This document shows, piece after piece, positions 15,907 to 31,684 of a stretch of DNA of 64,000 bases (positions are counted from its first letter, which is position 1; each line of letters starts with the position of its first letter). The notes under the pieces were generated by a model. That model made no database searches and was not told the DNA's origin. It saw only the letters and a list, made by a program, of their open reading frames with translations. The DNA is from the human T2T-CHM13v2.0 reference genome, Homo sapiens, in NCBI RefSeq assembly GCF_009914755.1, contig NC_060925.1; one strand, 5' to 3'. The translations under genes and the position numbers were made by a program.

Positions 15907-16343
15907 ATCCCTTTCCCCACAAAGCATGCAGTTCTTCATTTTATGATTTTACTGAACCTCAGAACAATTTAGTGAAGAGAACAATTTAACAAAGAGAAAT
16001 GAGTAAACCTCTAGTGGCCACTTGTTCCATCCGCATACCAACCTAAGTCTGAATACCTTGGACACATCAACAATGCTGTTGTCTTTTTCTTGCCATAGCG
16101 AGTGGAAAGACTCTCCAAAAATTTTAACTTTCACAAATGACTTAATCTTTTGAGAACCCATTCCTCTATCTATAAAACCACCAACTTCATAGGGTTGTTG
16201 TGGGTGAAGATTAAATGAGAAATGCATGGAAATTTTCTCTAGACATTGATGCATTGGAGTGTGCTTCCCTTCAAGTGTCTTCCTACTTTCTTGCTGATGA
16301 CTCTAGGGGTCCTGTAAGTTGGGTCTCTTAGAGTCTCTTAATT

Positions 16344-16616
16344 TTTTTTTTTTTAATTTTTTTTGAGAGGGACTCTGTCGCCCAGGCTGGAGTGCAGTGG
16401 CACAATCTTGGCTCACTGCAAGCTCCACCTCCTGGGTTCATGCCATTCTCCTGCCTAGAGGTGCCTGCCACCACGCCCGGCTAATTTTTTGTATTTTTAG
16501 TAGAGACGGGGTTTCACCGTGTTAGCCAGGATGGTTTCAATCTCCTGACCTCGTGATCCGCCTGCCTCGGCCTCCCAAAGTGCTGGGATTACAGGCGTGA
16601 GCCACTGTGCCTGGCT
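16344..16616 (-). mobile_element. AluY with internal deletions
   Basis: TSD GAGTCTCTTAATT at 16331-16343 / 16617-16629. Confidence 0.85.
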
Positions 16617-17601
16617 GAGTCTCTTAATTCTTAAGGAATCAATTTATTAAAATCTCTTCCACAGGTTTCTGTATTATAAAGTTGCCAGATTGTATCTCAC
16701 ATCTTCCAATTTGTGCAAGAGCAAATAATGGTTCGGGTAGAATTATGAAAAAAAAAATCATAATCCCAATCGCTTCCTCCAATGTATGATGTGATTAATC
16801 TTACTTGTGTTACCATAGACATTTTCCTGACAAATGCTCCAGCGGAAGAAGCACATAACCAATCAGCAGTTGAAACTTCCCCCCTTTTGATGTAGAGGTC
16901 CCTTTACAACACATAATCTCAGTGTTTCTATGTGTAGAACAAACTTCTTAATTTCTATATAAGCAGTTAGATAGGCCCCAGAGGTCCATGTGTGCTCCTT
17001 TTTTTTCCCTAAGGCTAAAAGTGTGAGGCAGCCATTTGTTGCATACTATTCCTTCAATATTTTAGTGAAAGCACACTTCATACCCAATCTTTATTATCAC
17101 TATCAGCCTGTCAGTAATCAAATATATAGCTACTAAATGAAGAGTTGTAACTACTTAGTATTAACACCATAAGAAAGGAAAACAATATTGATGTCTGACA
17201 TGTTTAAGGATGCTTAACAGGGAAAATTAAGGAGACTGGCCCATTAATTATGGGATAAAATAATAATAATCAAACATCTTAACTAGTTTATCAAGTCACA
17301 CTTACAAGCCTCTTACTAATTTACTCCTGTACTGAAATGAACATACGGTAAAATTCAAGAGAAACTGAGGTTCAAAATAAATTTTACTTCTGAGCTTGGA
17401 ATACAAGAGAGTAACAGACTGCTGTCCTAATTATAATACCTTTTTGACACATTGTTATAGTTCCTTGCCACCTCTGAATAAACTGTCCATTTCTACGTAA
17501 TTGTTGGTCATTCTTATCAATCCTTTTTGAAAGTAGATGAGAAATTTTTTAAAAATTGGGAAAAAAAGGAAAGTGTTGGTCTGTATTTAGGTAAAATTTC
17601 A

Positions 17602-17950
<349 letters not shown>

Positions 17951-18365
17951 TACCAAATAAACACAAGCACAACCCAAAAAATTTTTTTGTTTGCCTTATT
18001 TTCATTTCTTCTTAGCTGCTAAACTTCGTCTATGTGTGTACTTTTCTCCTAGTATATCTGTTAATTATTACTGTAAACATATGATTTATTTCACATTAGC
18101 AAAAAGAAATCATTCTTTTTCCATTTAGAGCCATTTTATGTAAATGTTAAAGGTCAAGTTAAGAATTTTAATAGTTTTTCTTTAAATTTTTTTATAAATA
18201 TGCTTGTAAGTACTTCATGTGCAGTATAAGGTTCGCTCTAGTGCTCTTTTAGGAGTAAAAATAAGAATCGTTCTTGAAATGAAGTTATTTTTAAAAGTCT
18301 GAAATTATGTATTCATTTACAATACTGTGCATGGTAATGATTTATTGAAATGAAAGCTAGTAGCA

Positions 18366-18970
<605 letters not shown>

Positions 18971-19693
18971 AAAGCTAGTAGCAACCACCCTACCGGGTCA
19001 CAGGCAAGTTTTCGATGTTGAATAAAGAATTATATAGAGTCAATATGAAAAGGACAAAATTTAATGTGCCACTAATGGTGCCTAGTTTATGTTGATGTGC
19101 AGGAGAATTCATTTACTTAATCATTTCCGTTTTACTCAGTGCCTCCCACCAGTATTACAGTCACAGTAAGTCATGAAAGAATAAACCACAGCCTAAATTA
19201 TTCATATATATGTTCAGAGTATTGCTGTTTTGGATCATGGAGACTTCTGATTAAATTATTATGCATCTATCTATTATATGAAATTGACTACATTAATCAT
19301 AATTTCTTAATCCTAAATATTAAGATTTTTCAATATTATGGATAAAAATGAACCATAAGAGTTCTGTCTAGATCAGTGTTGCTTCTTCCAAAATATAATA
19401 GACCATATATAGATAAAACTAAATTATCTCAATATTTAACCATAATTATATGCTAAGAATAGTATGAGGTCACTCTTTGGAGTTATTCCCATGAATATAC
19501 CAAGAACTAAGTATTCCTTCAGATTAGATTAGAGCCAGAAAGCCTATTTGCTTTCCAAATAATAAATAGTCTTAGAGAATTTACTTAAGTGAACTGATTT
19601 AAAGCATCAACACAAGGGAACAAAGCTAATTAAGTCAAGACATCTGCATCATTGATTTAGCTGTTTCTTAACTCTGTTACTTTGTGCAAATAG

Positions 19694-20004
<311 letters not shown>

Positions 20005-20605
20005 TCAGTTTCCTCATCTGTAAATAGAGACTGATCTTTGAAGTCTCTTCTAGCTGTAAAGGCCTATGATTAGATTTCATACTTAAACATTGCAGTCACC
20101 AAGTAGATTGAGTCTCAGAAAGGGAAAAGGGGAAAACAGACTAGAGTAAAATGGAAAGTGAGCCCAATGAGAAGCCAAGAAATCAGAGAGAGATGGTGCA
20201 AAGGGATGCTTAGCCCTGTTCTAGAGAATTTTCATGTTAAAAATATGAGTGCCTATACACAAAGACTAGTTCTGTTCTTGAATCCCCTGTTCGCTAATTA
20301 TGTTCTCTGATGTCAGGATAAAATGTCAGCACAGGGGGACCAAACTGTGTTGCTAATTGGTGTGAGGGTAGAGGAACTCCTGGCAGGAAGTAGTCTAGGT
20401 TGGTAGGTAGCAGGGATAACTATGGAAGCAAATGACTTGAGAATCTGAGCAAAGGCTAAACAGTATAACATAAAGAAAACTAGATTTAAAATAGTTAATC
20501 TTAAACTCTAGTTATGGTGTTAACCCTAACTACTGAATGACCCTGGGCTCAAGTTTGAGATGTTGGGAGGCAGAGCAGTGCTGAACAATAGAGAGGCTAA
20601 TGTCA

Positions 20606-20922
<317 letters not shown>

Positions 20923-21403
20923 GGAAAGAAAGGTAGTAGGATCTCCCACATTACAAAGAACTGTGAAATAAGATAGCTGTGTGGGAAGATGGGAAGATGG
21001 CTCATATACTACACAGATAGAGCTTACTTCACACAACAGATATGCTCTGATAGTTTGTAAATTTATTTTGGATTAATCAAATCATTTTAATTGTCCTAAG
21101 AACATATACTATTTTAAAGACCCCTATAGAGAACAATTATCCTGTAATTTAATTTTTTAATAAATACATTTATATATTGAGTTTGCTAGAAGACATAAAA
21201 CCTATGTATTGTATGAAGTTCAGTCATACAAAGCTGACCACTAAAAATTGTTAACAGTCATTACTGTATATAACATTCTGGAGGTCCTAGCTAGTGAAAT
21301 TAAAGACAAGTGATTATTTGATAACTCTCCTTTCCACTAAGTATATTTTTACTCACATCCCTAGTGCCAAGCTCAGCACTCATTTTTTTGTTGCATTAAA
21401 TGA

Positions 21404-21751
<348 letters not shown>

Positions 21752-22389
21752 ACATTATTTATATTTCATTTAATCTTTTCACTTTAGAATTGTGTAATTA
21801 CTCCAGTTTTACAGATGTGGAACAGGAAGCTCAGAGATCAAGTGCTAGTAAATGACACTGTGTTAGATGGCAGATGCAAAGAATTACAAATGGATTCTGT
21901 ACTTAGAGTTTTTAGTATACTAAAAGCTCTAAGTGAACATGGAAAATGTTAGCCTACTGTTCATGTGTAGTTATTACAGCATTGATGTTTGGTCTCATAT
22001 ACCTTTATTGCACGGATGTACCACTATTTTGGTGTAATACAGTTATTTTGGAATTAAAAAAAATCAGAATCACTTGCATGTTGAGATGTGCCCAGCTAGT
22101 TATTAGAGTTTCAGATGTAAAAATGTCACTCTTCTATAATTCCATAATTTTCAAGAAGATGAAGAAAATAATGGGTAAAATATGGCTCTGTAGCAGAATA
22201 CTTTTTTTTTTTTTAAAGTGCTTTACCATTTACCAGTCTTTCACATACATTCTCATTTGACCCTCACAACAACCCTGTAAGGTAGGCAGCATAGGTGTTC
22301 TCATTTGACAGTTGAGGAATGTGAATCTCAGAGCAGGTAACTGATAATAATAATTCTTAATTCAAAGACTTTCTGAATAAGTAAATCTC

Positions 22390-24000
22390 AACTATTGACC
22401 TTGCCTTCTGTTTTACTGAAAATAAACAGAAGCAATCGTAGGAGAATTTCCACGTGCTCCTACTACCACATCTACCAAGCTGTTTAGACCTATGCCCACT
22501 TACTTTGCCTTCTCTCCTGTTACTGTAATTGAACTGCTCATGCTCTTAGCAAAGGCTCAGTGCTCATTGCTCCAGCAATGAACACTGCTTCTACACTTAA
22601 GTGTTTTCTTTTCTTTCAGATCATTTCCATTAGCAAGAAAATCATATTATTTCTTTTATCTTAAAAACCACCCTCACTTGACCCCACTCTTCTCTTTAGC
22701 TATTTTTCATATCCTTTCTCTCCTTTCAAGCAAAATTCCTTAAAAGTGATGTCCATGCTTACTGTCTTCAACTTCTATCTAATCTTTTGGAACCCATTTC
22801 AGTCAGGCTCTTACCCTCATTATTTCAACAGAACTGCTCTTAAGACAGTCAATGATCTGCATGTTGCTAAAGTGGTCAGTTTTCAGTCTTTTTACTACTT
22901 TTAATAGCACCTGACAAAGTGGAACACTTTCTCCTCCTTGAAATAATACATTATTCATTTGGCTTCTTTTTTCTTCCCCCCAAATGTTGGCTTTTAATTT
23001 TGCTTGTTTTGTTTCATGTCTGTAACAGTGGGTACCTGGGATTTGATTTTGCCCATTCTTTACTCCCCTATCACTTTCTTTTCATCCAAGAAAGCCTGAT
23101 TTGGATAATCAGTGTAAGTCAAAGTGTTCAAACTGAGTGTATAGTTTGTCAAGTAAATTTCAACTCTTACAGTCTGAAATGTTACAAAGTTAGGCTGTAG
23201 TACATGTTTGGCATCTCATTTTTCATCATACTTAATTTGTCACTGCATTCGATAGAGGAAAGCAGAACAAATAAGTTTTCACTAACCAACCACATGACAG
23301 AGATTTTTGACTCCAGGCCTGGTGGAAATTCAGAAAAAGAGAAAATCATATAAGGGAATGAGGCTCCTTAGAAGACCTTGGAAGATCTTGTTAACAGGTC
23401 AACCTAACTAGCCATAAACGCCCTGAATTCAGGACTAAGATTTTCATCACTGTAGTGATCTTCATTTGTCTTCTTATAAATTATGCCACACTTTTCTAGT
23501 TTTACTTGTACCTCACTGGTCACTCCTCAGTGTCCTTTGCTGGTTCTTCATCAATTCCTTGACCTCTGAATATTGGTGTGCAACAAGGCATAATTGCAAT
23601 CATGTCCAGGGTAATTTTTTTATCGTGTATCTTCAGCAGGACCACTACTATTAATTCCAGACATACGTATTTAGTTGCCTACTCAACATGTCAACCTGGA
23701 TGTCTTAAGGACATCTCAAATTTAACTGTCTAAAGCCAAAACTTTTTTCTTCCCATTGCCCAAACTTGATCTCTTATTTTAGTTAAAAGCAGTTTCATCC
23801 TTCTAGTTCATGGGGCTCAAAATTGATGTTTGTTTTTCTTTTACAACCCATGCTCAAAATATTAGAAAATTTTGTTAACATTACCTTCGGAATATATCCA
23901 AAATCTTAACCACTTTTCACTACCCTGCTGCTTTTACTCTGGACCAAACTAGCTCATCTCTGGTCTGGATTATTGCAGTAGCCTCCTTAAAAGGTCTCTC
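22390..24000 (+). mobile_element. L2 fragments (RT region and 3' part)
   Basis: CAGTCAGGCT..AGAACTGCTCT..GTCAATGATCTGCATGTTGCTAAA and CTGGATTATTGCAGTAGCCTCCT motifs. Interrupted around 22960-23480. Confidence 0.6.
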
Positions 24001-24084
24001 TTGCTCTGAGTTCGGGGTGTGTGTGTGTATGTGTGTATTGTGTGTGCGTGTAATTTTTGTTTTGTTTGTCTTTTTTAAAAAGAA

Positions 24085-24206
24085 AAAGCCTGTAGCACCC
24101 AGTATACCCAAGCAGTCTCCCATCCAAATACTAACCAGGCCTGACCCTGCTTAGCTTCCAAGATCAGTCAAGATCAGATGTGTTCAGGGTTGGTGGGTCT
24201 GTGGAC
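24085..24206 (-). pseudogene. 5S rRNA retropseudogene
   Basis: Full-length match to the reverse complement of 5S rRNA (AAAGCC..GCACCC..CTCCCATCCAA..CTAACCAGGCC..CTGCTTAGCTTCC..GTTCAGGG..GAC) with heavy CpG decay and an A-rich tail. Confidence 0.92.
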
Positions 24207-26689
24207 CTTGAGCTAGTTTTTAATCAACATGGAAACTCCAGTGATCTATTTAAAAACTTGCATTGGGTCATGCCAGGTTTATTGGAGGTTATACCCTCCA
24301 ATGTATTTCCAACTCAGGGTTAAAGCCAAGGTCCTTATGGTGGAAGATGGGGCATATAAACTGGCATTCTGGCGCTCACACACTCCAATATCTACTACTC
24401 TCCCCTCTTGCTCGCTCAGCTGTGGCTTGCTTATTCAGCTTTTTGCTCTTCCTGGAATACATCAAACATATGTAGGCCCAGGGTTTTAACCATTTTAACA
24501 ACTGAACTTGTAACTGCACTAGTTCTCCAGGTAAGCAGAAGTATTAGGGTTATGGACAGTTTATCCGAAGTAATAACCAGGAATGCCTAATAAAAACATG
24601 CAGGTATTGTGGTAAAAAATAGAGTTGGTGAACAAGGAGTTACCTTCTGACTGTTTCTCTTTTAGTGAAGTAGGAGGCAAGGTTATTAGCTAAGAGTGAG
24701 ATGGTTAGGAGATGGTGTAAATTTAAAGGAAAAGAATAAGGTATGAGATAGTTGGCTAGGATAATGAAGTAGTGAATGGTTTTGAGCTAAGTAGTATTAA
24801 AGTCCCTTAGGTAATAGACATGAATTTCAAAGCACAACTAGCCAACCTGGTTCTTTCTTTTCTTTTTTCCAACTTTCTTCAGCAGCATGAGGAAGGGTTA
24901 GTAAAAATCTAACCATAAATCAGGGTTGAAATTTGGCAAAGCTAGAGAGGGGCAAGGACAGTGAGTATATTTGGAAGGAGTGATTATAATGACGGCTTAG
25001 GGAATCCAAGCTGTATAAAGGTGGATATGACGACAGGAGTGGGTGAAGGATAATAATAATGATGTGTTGGGAACAATGGGTTGTGGTCTCTGTGGGGCCA
25101 AAAAATTGTTGGACTTGGGGTATTTCAGGGAGTGACTTGACAGGGTAGCTGTCTGAGAAAGATATTCTTGAAATTTATTGCAGGGAAGTGGAGTGGGAGA
25201 AACAAGATTGACATTCTTCCTACTTCATAAGGCAGTTATTGCTATTGACAATGGAGATGACCATGGGAATGACTTACTAAGGTGGAGTGGAAGTGAAAAT
25301 CACAGAGAAGTTAAAAAAAAAATTGCAGTAGGGTATTGGAAAGATCGTTTGGGTAGATTTTGAAGTCACTACAACCTTAATTTAAATTTAAGAAAAAATT
25401 AAATGAAAAGACTTGGAGGAGTTTCCCAAATATGCGAGTTTTCCCCTATCTTTAAAAAAACAACACCATGAGAAACCAAAAATAACTAAATTGATTTTTT
25501 AAAAATTCTACAATATTTCTCAATTTTCTTTGAGGATAGACATGGTTGATCCTGAATGGAAGTTGGTGTTTTAGCTCTATGAGACTGAAACAAAAAGTTT
25601 CTGCAGTCCATAAGAGTTAAAGAGGGAGAAAAGTCAGTTGTGTTAGATCTTTAAAAACATTTTTGGTGGTAGTTTGGTATTCAGAAGTGCTGGAGGAACT
25701 TTGGCAGAAAGTCAGAGCCATAGAGCAAGTCCAAACTAGGACAGCAAAGTCATTATTCTGCTTTTTAGTGAAGAAAGTATTTTTAAAATGATGATGACAC
25801 TTGGTTTTTTACCAAAAAGTACTTTATTGGTACTTCATTTGGATGCAAGGCTGTATCAAAGTAATTGGGAAAACAAGGATTGAATATTAAATAGTGACTT
25901 CTAAAGTGATACATAAAATAGTTCTTTTAAATTAAATTACATTAAAGACATACAGATAAAAGCAAGAAGACTGAGTAAACATAATATTTATTGCCTCACA
26001 TTACTATACGGTAGAACCTTGTAGCAACATATAATTCGAGTTATACTACATAATGTGGACATTTATGTTGGTGCTGATGCCAGCTTTAATTTAGAATATT
26101 TTCCTTGTGTTTCCAAGTAAATACAGTAAAATAACTTTAAATATTTTACAAAATTAAAAAAGAATGCCCAAAGGAAACAGAAAATGAGCTTTCTTGAGTT
26201 TACATATAAGATGATAAGATTTAAATTAGAGCTCACCACTGATACAGAGATTCATTTCACACAAGCTATGGTAAGAATGAATGTGTTGGAAAAGGAAGTG
26301 AGAGGATATTTAAGACAAGGAAATGAGGAAGTTGAACTCTGAGTAAGTCCAACTAGCTGAAATTACTAACTAGTAATTTATTCCAGGTTCTATCTGGAAT
26401 AAATCCATAGGAATAAGAACAGTGCTAAAGGTAGAGAGAATAGGGAAGTGATGCCTCTTTGATGACTTAATATTCTTCTTTATTTCTAACTTACAGATGA
26501 TTTCAGAATACTGCTCACCTTCACTCCTTTAGTTTGTCATGATCTTTTCCCTTGACCTTTTCCATAGTCCCAAAGTATTTGCTGATGTGGAGCCAGGAGG
26601 ATGTATGATCTCAGGCTTTGAAACTAAAGAGGTTGGAAGATGTTACTTTTGATAATCTAAGACTTCATGACTTTGATTCTTACATTTTA

Positions 26690-26997
26690 TTATTTACTTA
26701 ATTATTTTTAAGAGATTGGGTTTTGTACTGTCACCCAGGCTGGAGTGCAGTGTGCGATCATGGCTCACTGCAGCCTCAACCTCCCAGGCTCAAGCAATCC
26801 TCCCACCTCAGCCTCCAGAGTAGCTGGGATTACAGGCATGGGCCATGATGCCTGGCTACTTTTTTTAAAAAATTATTTTTTTTAGAGATGGTCTTGCTGT
26901 GTTACCCAGGCTGGTCATGAACTCCTGGACTCAAGCAATCCTCCCACCTTGGCCTCCCAAGTGTTAGGATTACAGGCGTGAGCCACCATGCCTGGCT
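26690..26997 (-). mobile_element. AluJ
   Basis: TSD GATTCTTA(C/T)ATTTTA. Confidence 0.82.
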
Positions 26998-27139
26998 GAT
27001 TCTTATATTTTAATTTAAAAACTTTCTACTTTATATTGTGGTGATTAAAACCATTCCTTGCTTTCCAGCCTTCTTCTCTCATGTTTCTGGAATTGTTTGA
27101 TCACTAATAGTGTGACCACTAAAGAAAGGCTGAATGACT

Positions 27140-27385
27140 TTTTTTTTTTCCCACCCCAAAGAGACAGGGTCTTGCTCTGTCACCCAGGCTGGAGCACTGT
27201 GGCATGATCACAGCTCTCTGTAACTTTGAACTTCTAGGCTCAAGCTGTCCTCCCATCTCAGCCTCCCCGGTAGCTAGGACTACAGGCATGTGCCACCATA
27301 ACCTAGTATAAAAAAATTTTCGTTTGTTATCCTCCCACCTGGGCCTCCTAAAGTGCTGGAATGATAGGCATGAGCTACTGCCAGG
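27140..27385 (-). mobile_element. AluJ (degenerate)
   Basis: Alu with an internal deletion. Confidence 0.7.
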
Positions 27386-28317
27386 TCACAGTTGTTAAAA
27401 AGAAGAGAATTTGTTTCACTTGTAGCTAAACTTGTATTATATTTTACCTTTATGGTGCCTTTTAAAGCTGATTGCTATTTTTTGAAGTTGGCTTTTATTT
27501 ATTTTAAAAGTATAGTACAACCTTAAATATACTTAACACAATTATAGGCTTCTGTTATGTTTTCTACTTGTACAGTTCTATTTTGAGTTTTAAATCAACA
27601 TTAACAATTAAACATTGTATCCATATATCCAGTTTTTGTCAGTTATAAAATAAATTTAAAACTTTAAAAAATGGTATCTAAATAATTTTTATAATTTGTA
27701 ACTTATCAGTAACTGAAAAATGAAATTTGATTAACTTTCTCAATATTCTGATTAGCTGAGCTTTTAGACATTTGTTATGGTGACCAACTCTCAAAATACC
27801 TTTTGGAGAGAGCTAATACATAGATATAGTCTAAGGTTCTATCCAGTGGAATCACAGCACGCATGATTTTGAGTACTGGAGAAAATAAGAATGACATTTA
27901 GTTTTTAAAAACAATCTGATACAGGTCTTAGATATCTATTTTTTAGATGAAGTAATTTTTCTTTGAGAATCCTGAAAGAGCTTGAAAAGTGATAAATAGA
28001 AAATGAATTCTTTATGGGAACCAGTGGTGGAGGAGATAACAACAAGAAGAGAAAAGCCAGTAAAACCATATTAGTAGGGTAGGTAGGAAGGACTTGATAA
28101 AAATTAGATAAAGGATAATGCATTATTTAAATGCATGGGTCTTCAAAGAAGAGCACACAAGATGATCCACTGACATAAGGAGAAAAGAGCTTAGAACTTC
28201 TGTTTATATGTTATCTAAAAAATAAGAAATGGGATACTTTACTAGTATTTAAAATGTGAGTTGATACTGGTGTCTTGTCTTGGACTTAGAAAGTTTCCTA
28301 TAAAGAAACCATGGATT

Positions 28318-28565
28318 GGGCTGGGTGTGGTGGCTCACGCCTATAGTCCTGGTGCTTTGGGAGGCCCAAGTGGGAGAATTGCTTGAGACTGGGAGTTTGA
28401 GACCAGACGGAGCAACAAAGCAAGACCCCGTCTTTACAAAATATTTTTAAAAATTAGCTTAAGCCCAGGAGTTCGACGCTGCAGTGAGCTATGATGGTGC
28501 CACTACATTCCTGGGTGAAAGAGCCAGATCCCATCTCTTAAAAACCTAAAAAATAAAATATAAAA
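28318..28565 (+). mobile_element. AluJ with an internal deletion
   Basis: Alu sequence. Confidence 0.7.
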
Positions 28566-28766
28566 AAGAAACTGTGGATTAAATATAATATTTTAATGTG
28601 AATATAGGCAAACGATAAGAAATGGCCAGGTTGATGCTTCTTAATGTGTTTGAGAATAAAACGTAAACAATGTTTATTAACAAAGAAAGATATAATGTCT
28701 ATATAATCATATGGATTAGAGGTGACCTTCCCCCTCTAAGAAATTATTGAGAAGGTTATTTGAAAT

Positions 28767-29056
28767 GGCACTTTGGGAGGCCAAGGCAGGAGGATCGCTT
28801 GAACTCAGGGGTTTGAGACTAGCCTGGGCAACATGGCAAAACCGTGTCTCTACTAAAAATACAAAAATTAGCTGGGCTTGGTGATATGCGCCTATAGTCC
28901 CAGCTACTTGAGAAGCTGAGCTGGAAGGATCATTTAAGCTCAGGAGGTCGAGTCTGCAGTGAGCCATGGGGCATCTCTGTAGTCCTAGTTACTTGGGAGA
29001 CTGAGGCTGGAGGACGGCTTAAGCCCAGGATTTCGATGCTGCAGTGAGCTATGATG
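28767..29056 (+). mobile_element. Partial AluJ plus an extra right-arm fragment
   Basis: Two consecutive right-arm pieces. Confidence 0.65.
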
Positions 29057-29109
29057 GTGAATGCATAGGTGAACCACAGGAAATTTATTTTTGGTGGAGG
29101 GGTGAAGAT

Positions 29110-29570
29110 TTTTTTACTGTGTAAAATACATAATGTAAAATATACCATCTTAACCATTTTTAAATGTACAGTTTAGTGGCATTAAGTGCGTTGATACTGT
29201 TGTACAACCATCACCACCATAAATCTCCAGAATGATCTTCATCTTGCAACTCTACACTCATTAAATAACTCCCCATTCCTTCCTACCCCTGTTCCCTGTC
29301 AACTACCATTCTACTTCCTTCTCTCTGGTTTTGACTATTGTAAGTACCTCGTGTAGGTGGAATCATACAGTATTTGTCCTTTTCTGTCTTATTTTACTTA
29401 GCATGATGTCTTCGATATTTATCCATGTTTTGTAGCATGTGCCAGAATTTCCTTCCTTTTTAAGGCTGAATAATATTAATTGTATTTATATACCACATTT
29501 TATTTATTCACTTATTTGTTGATGGACAAGTGGGTTGCTTCCATAATGCTGCTATGATATGAATATGGGT
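29110..29570 (-). mobile_element. Old L1M 3' end
   Basis: Reverse complement of the same L1M 3' motifs as 2914-3725. Confidence 0.7.
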
Positions 29571-29619
29571 TACTGGAAAGTCTCTTGAAATTTTGAACTT
29601 AGTGGTGAAAGACGTACAC

Positions 29620-30450
29620 TATTAGAAATATTCTTGCTAAAAGGAAAAAGTGTTCCTTCTGACACCAAACACATGAGTTTTTTCCACTTGAACAACCAGT
29701 TTTTCAACTCCCTGGACACTAACTAGATGTCTTACAGTTCAATTTTGTCACTATCTGTCTGGAGTTGGTACAGATCCTACCGTTCAAGGGTTCAGTTCCA
29801 TAATACCGCCTGGACTTCAAGCATCAATTGCAGGTCCTGGACTTCTGGTACTTGACTGACTTGGCTACAAATCAGGGGTTCCTGTGACCCCCTCCTCCAG
29901 TTTGATAATTTGCTGTAATGGCTTACAGAACTCAGGGAAACACTTCATTTACTATTACTGGTTTATTACAAAGGATATTATAAAGGACACAGATGAACAG
30001 CTAGATGAAGAGGTACCTAGGGTAAGATTTGGAAAGACCCAGGGTGCATGATCTTCTGTTCCTGTGGAGTTGAGATGCACTGCAAGTGGATGTGTTCACC
30101 TACCCAGAAGGTTTCCAAATCCATGGTTTAGGGTTTTTATGGGGGCTCCATTACATAGGTATGATTGATTAAATCATTAATTATTGTTGATTAAATTCAG
30201 TCTCCATCCCTTCTCTCTTCCCAGGAGGTTTGGGGGTGGGGAGAACTGAAAGTTTCAACCCTCAGATCACATGGTTGGTTCCTCTCCAGCCAGCCCTTGT
30301 CCTTCAAAGTCACTGCATTAGCATAAATTTAGGTATGATTGAAAGGGGGTTATTATGAATAACAAAAGATGCTCCTCTTACCCCTGTGACTCAGGGAATA
30401 AGGGTTTTAGAATCAGGGGTGGAGACCAAATGTATATATTTCTTATTATG
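29620..30450. mobile_element. MER21-like LTR
   Basis: GGCTACAAATCAGGGGTTCC, ACAGAACTCAGGGAAACAC and GATGAACAGCTAGATGAAGAG motifs. Confidence 0.6.
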
Positions 30451-30454
30451 TAGC

Positions 30455-30820
30455 TGTATTAGTCTGTTCGCATACTGCTAATAAAGACATCCAAGACTGG
30501 ATAATTTATAAAGGAAAGAGGTTTAATTGACTCACAGTTAGTTCCACATGGCTGAGGAGGCCTCACAATCATGGCGGAAGACAAATGAGGAGCAAAGTCA
30601 CGTCTTACATGGGAGCAGGCAAGAGAGCATTGGCATTTGCAGGGGAACTCCCCTTTATAAAACCATCAGATCTCATGAGACTTATTCACTCTCATGAAAA
30701 CAGCAAGGGAAAAACCTGCCCCCATGATTCAGTTACCTCCCGTGAAGTCCATCCCATGACATGTGGGGATTATTACAATTTGAGGTGAGATTTGGGTGGG
30801 GACACAGCCAAACGGTATCA
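30455..30820 (-). mobile_element. THE1/MST (MaLR) solo LTR
   Basis: TGTATTAGTC..AATAAAGACAT..GGGACACAGCCAAAC..TATCA. Confidence 0.85.
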
Positions 30821-30829
30821 ATCATTAGC

Positions 30830-31680
30830 ACTAACTCTTCCTTTTATGGTGAAAATAGTGATATGTGTAAAATATGGCAATAAAATAAATTATCTCAGCA
30901 AATACTCTTAGGCCACATGGAAAAATAGAAATATTTTTTAGGAGAGATTTCACATGGAAAGTTTGTTGTACAGTTTCATTAAAGTACAGAAGTTTCCAAC
31001 ATTTCTCAGCTTATGTCTAGATTGTTTCAATAATGAATAATGTTTCAATAAAGTAGTTATATTTAAAACTGCCTTTTTGTGACCCACTAAAGGAAAGATG
31101 TGTTGAGAAAGATTTATTCTTAACAGTAAATGTATTAACCACTGATAAAGTAGTGTGTTGGCTGGAATTTTAAAAAGGAAATTGGAATAAGGTTGGAATT
31201 TATTCACTTCATTTGTAGGTATGCAAAGAAAACTAAAGCAGGAAGTCCACAGAATATTAAGTTATATTTTTATTATGGTTAGTTTTATAAAAACAATACC
31301 TTTAAGGCTATTTACAGTGTTTCCAAATGAAACAGGGAGAGACAATTGAAAAATCTTTGTTTAATACAGGTTGGCTATTTATCTTCTGGCTGTTTCAAAT
31401 TTGTTGACATTTTTCTTTAACTAGTATGCTTACCTACCAGGTATTTTTGAGAAAATTTAATCTGTCCCTTCAAGATAAAAGAGAAATTTTAATGGTGACT
31501 GAATATCTGCTTTTCCAAAGAAATTTGAGCTATATAGAAAGCATTTTGATGATGAATGTTTGGAAATGTATTCATTATATAATTTTGTTGCTGAAAATGA
31601 TCTGTGTCATGTGCAAATATTATTTTGTCTGTACACTTAAAATTCTTAGAAACAGAAATCTTTTACTTGTTGTAAAGTCA
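30830..31680 (+). mobile_element. Probable hAT-Charlie transposase remnant
   Basis: The degenerate ORF 31426-31689 contains a KFNLSLQ motif typical of Charlie transposases. Confidence 0.35.
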
Positions 31681-31684
31681 GTGT

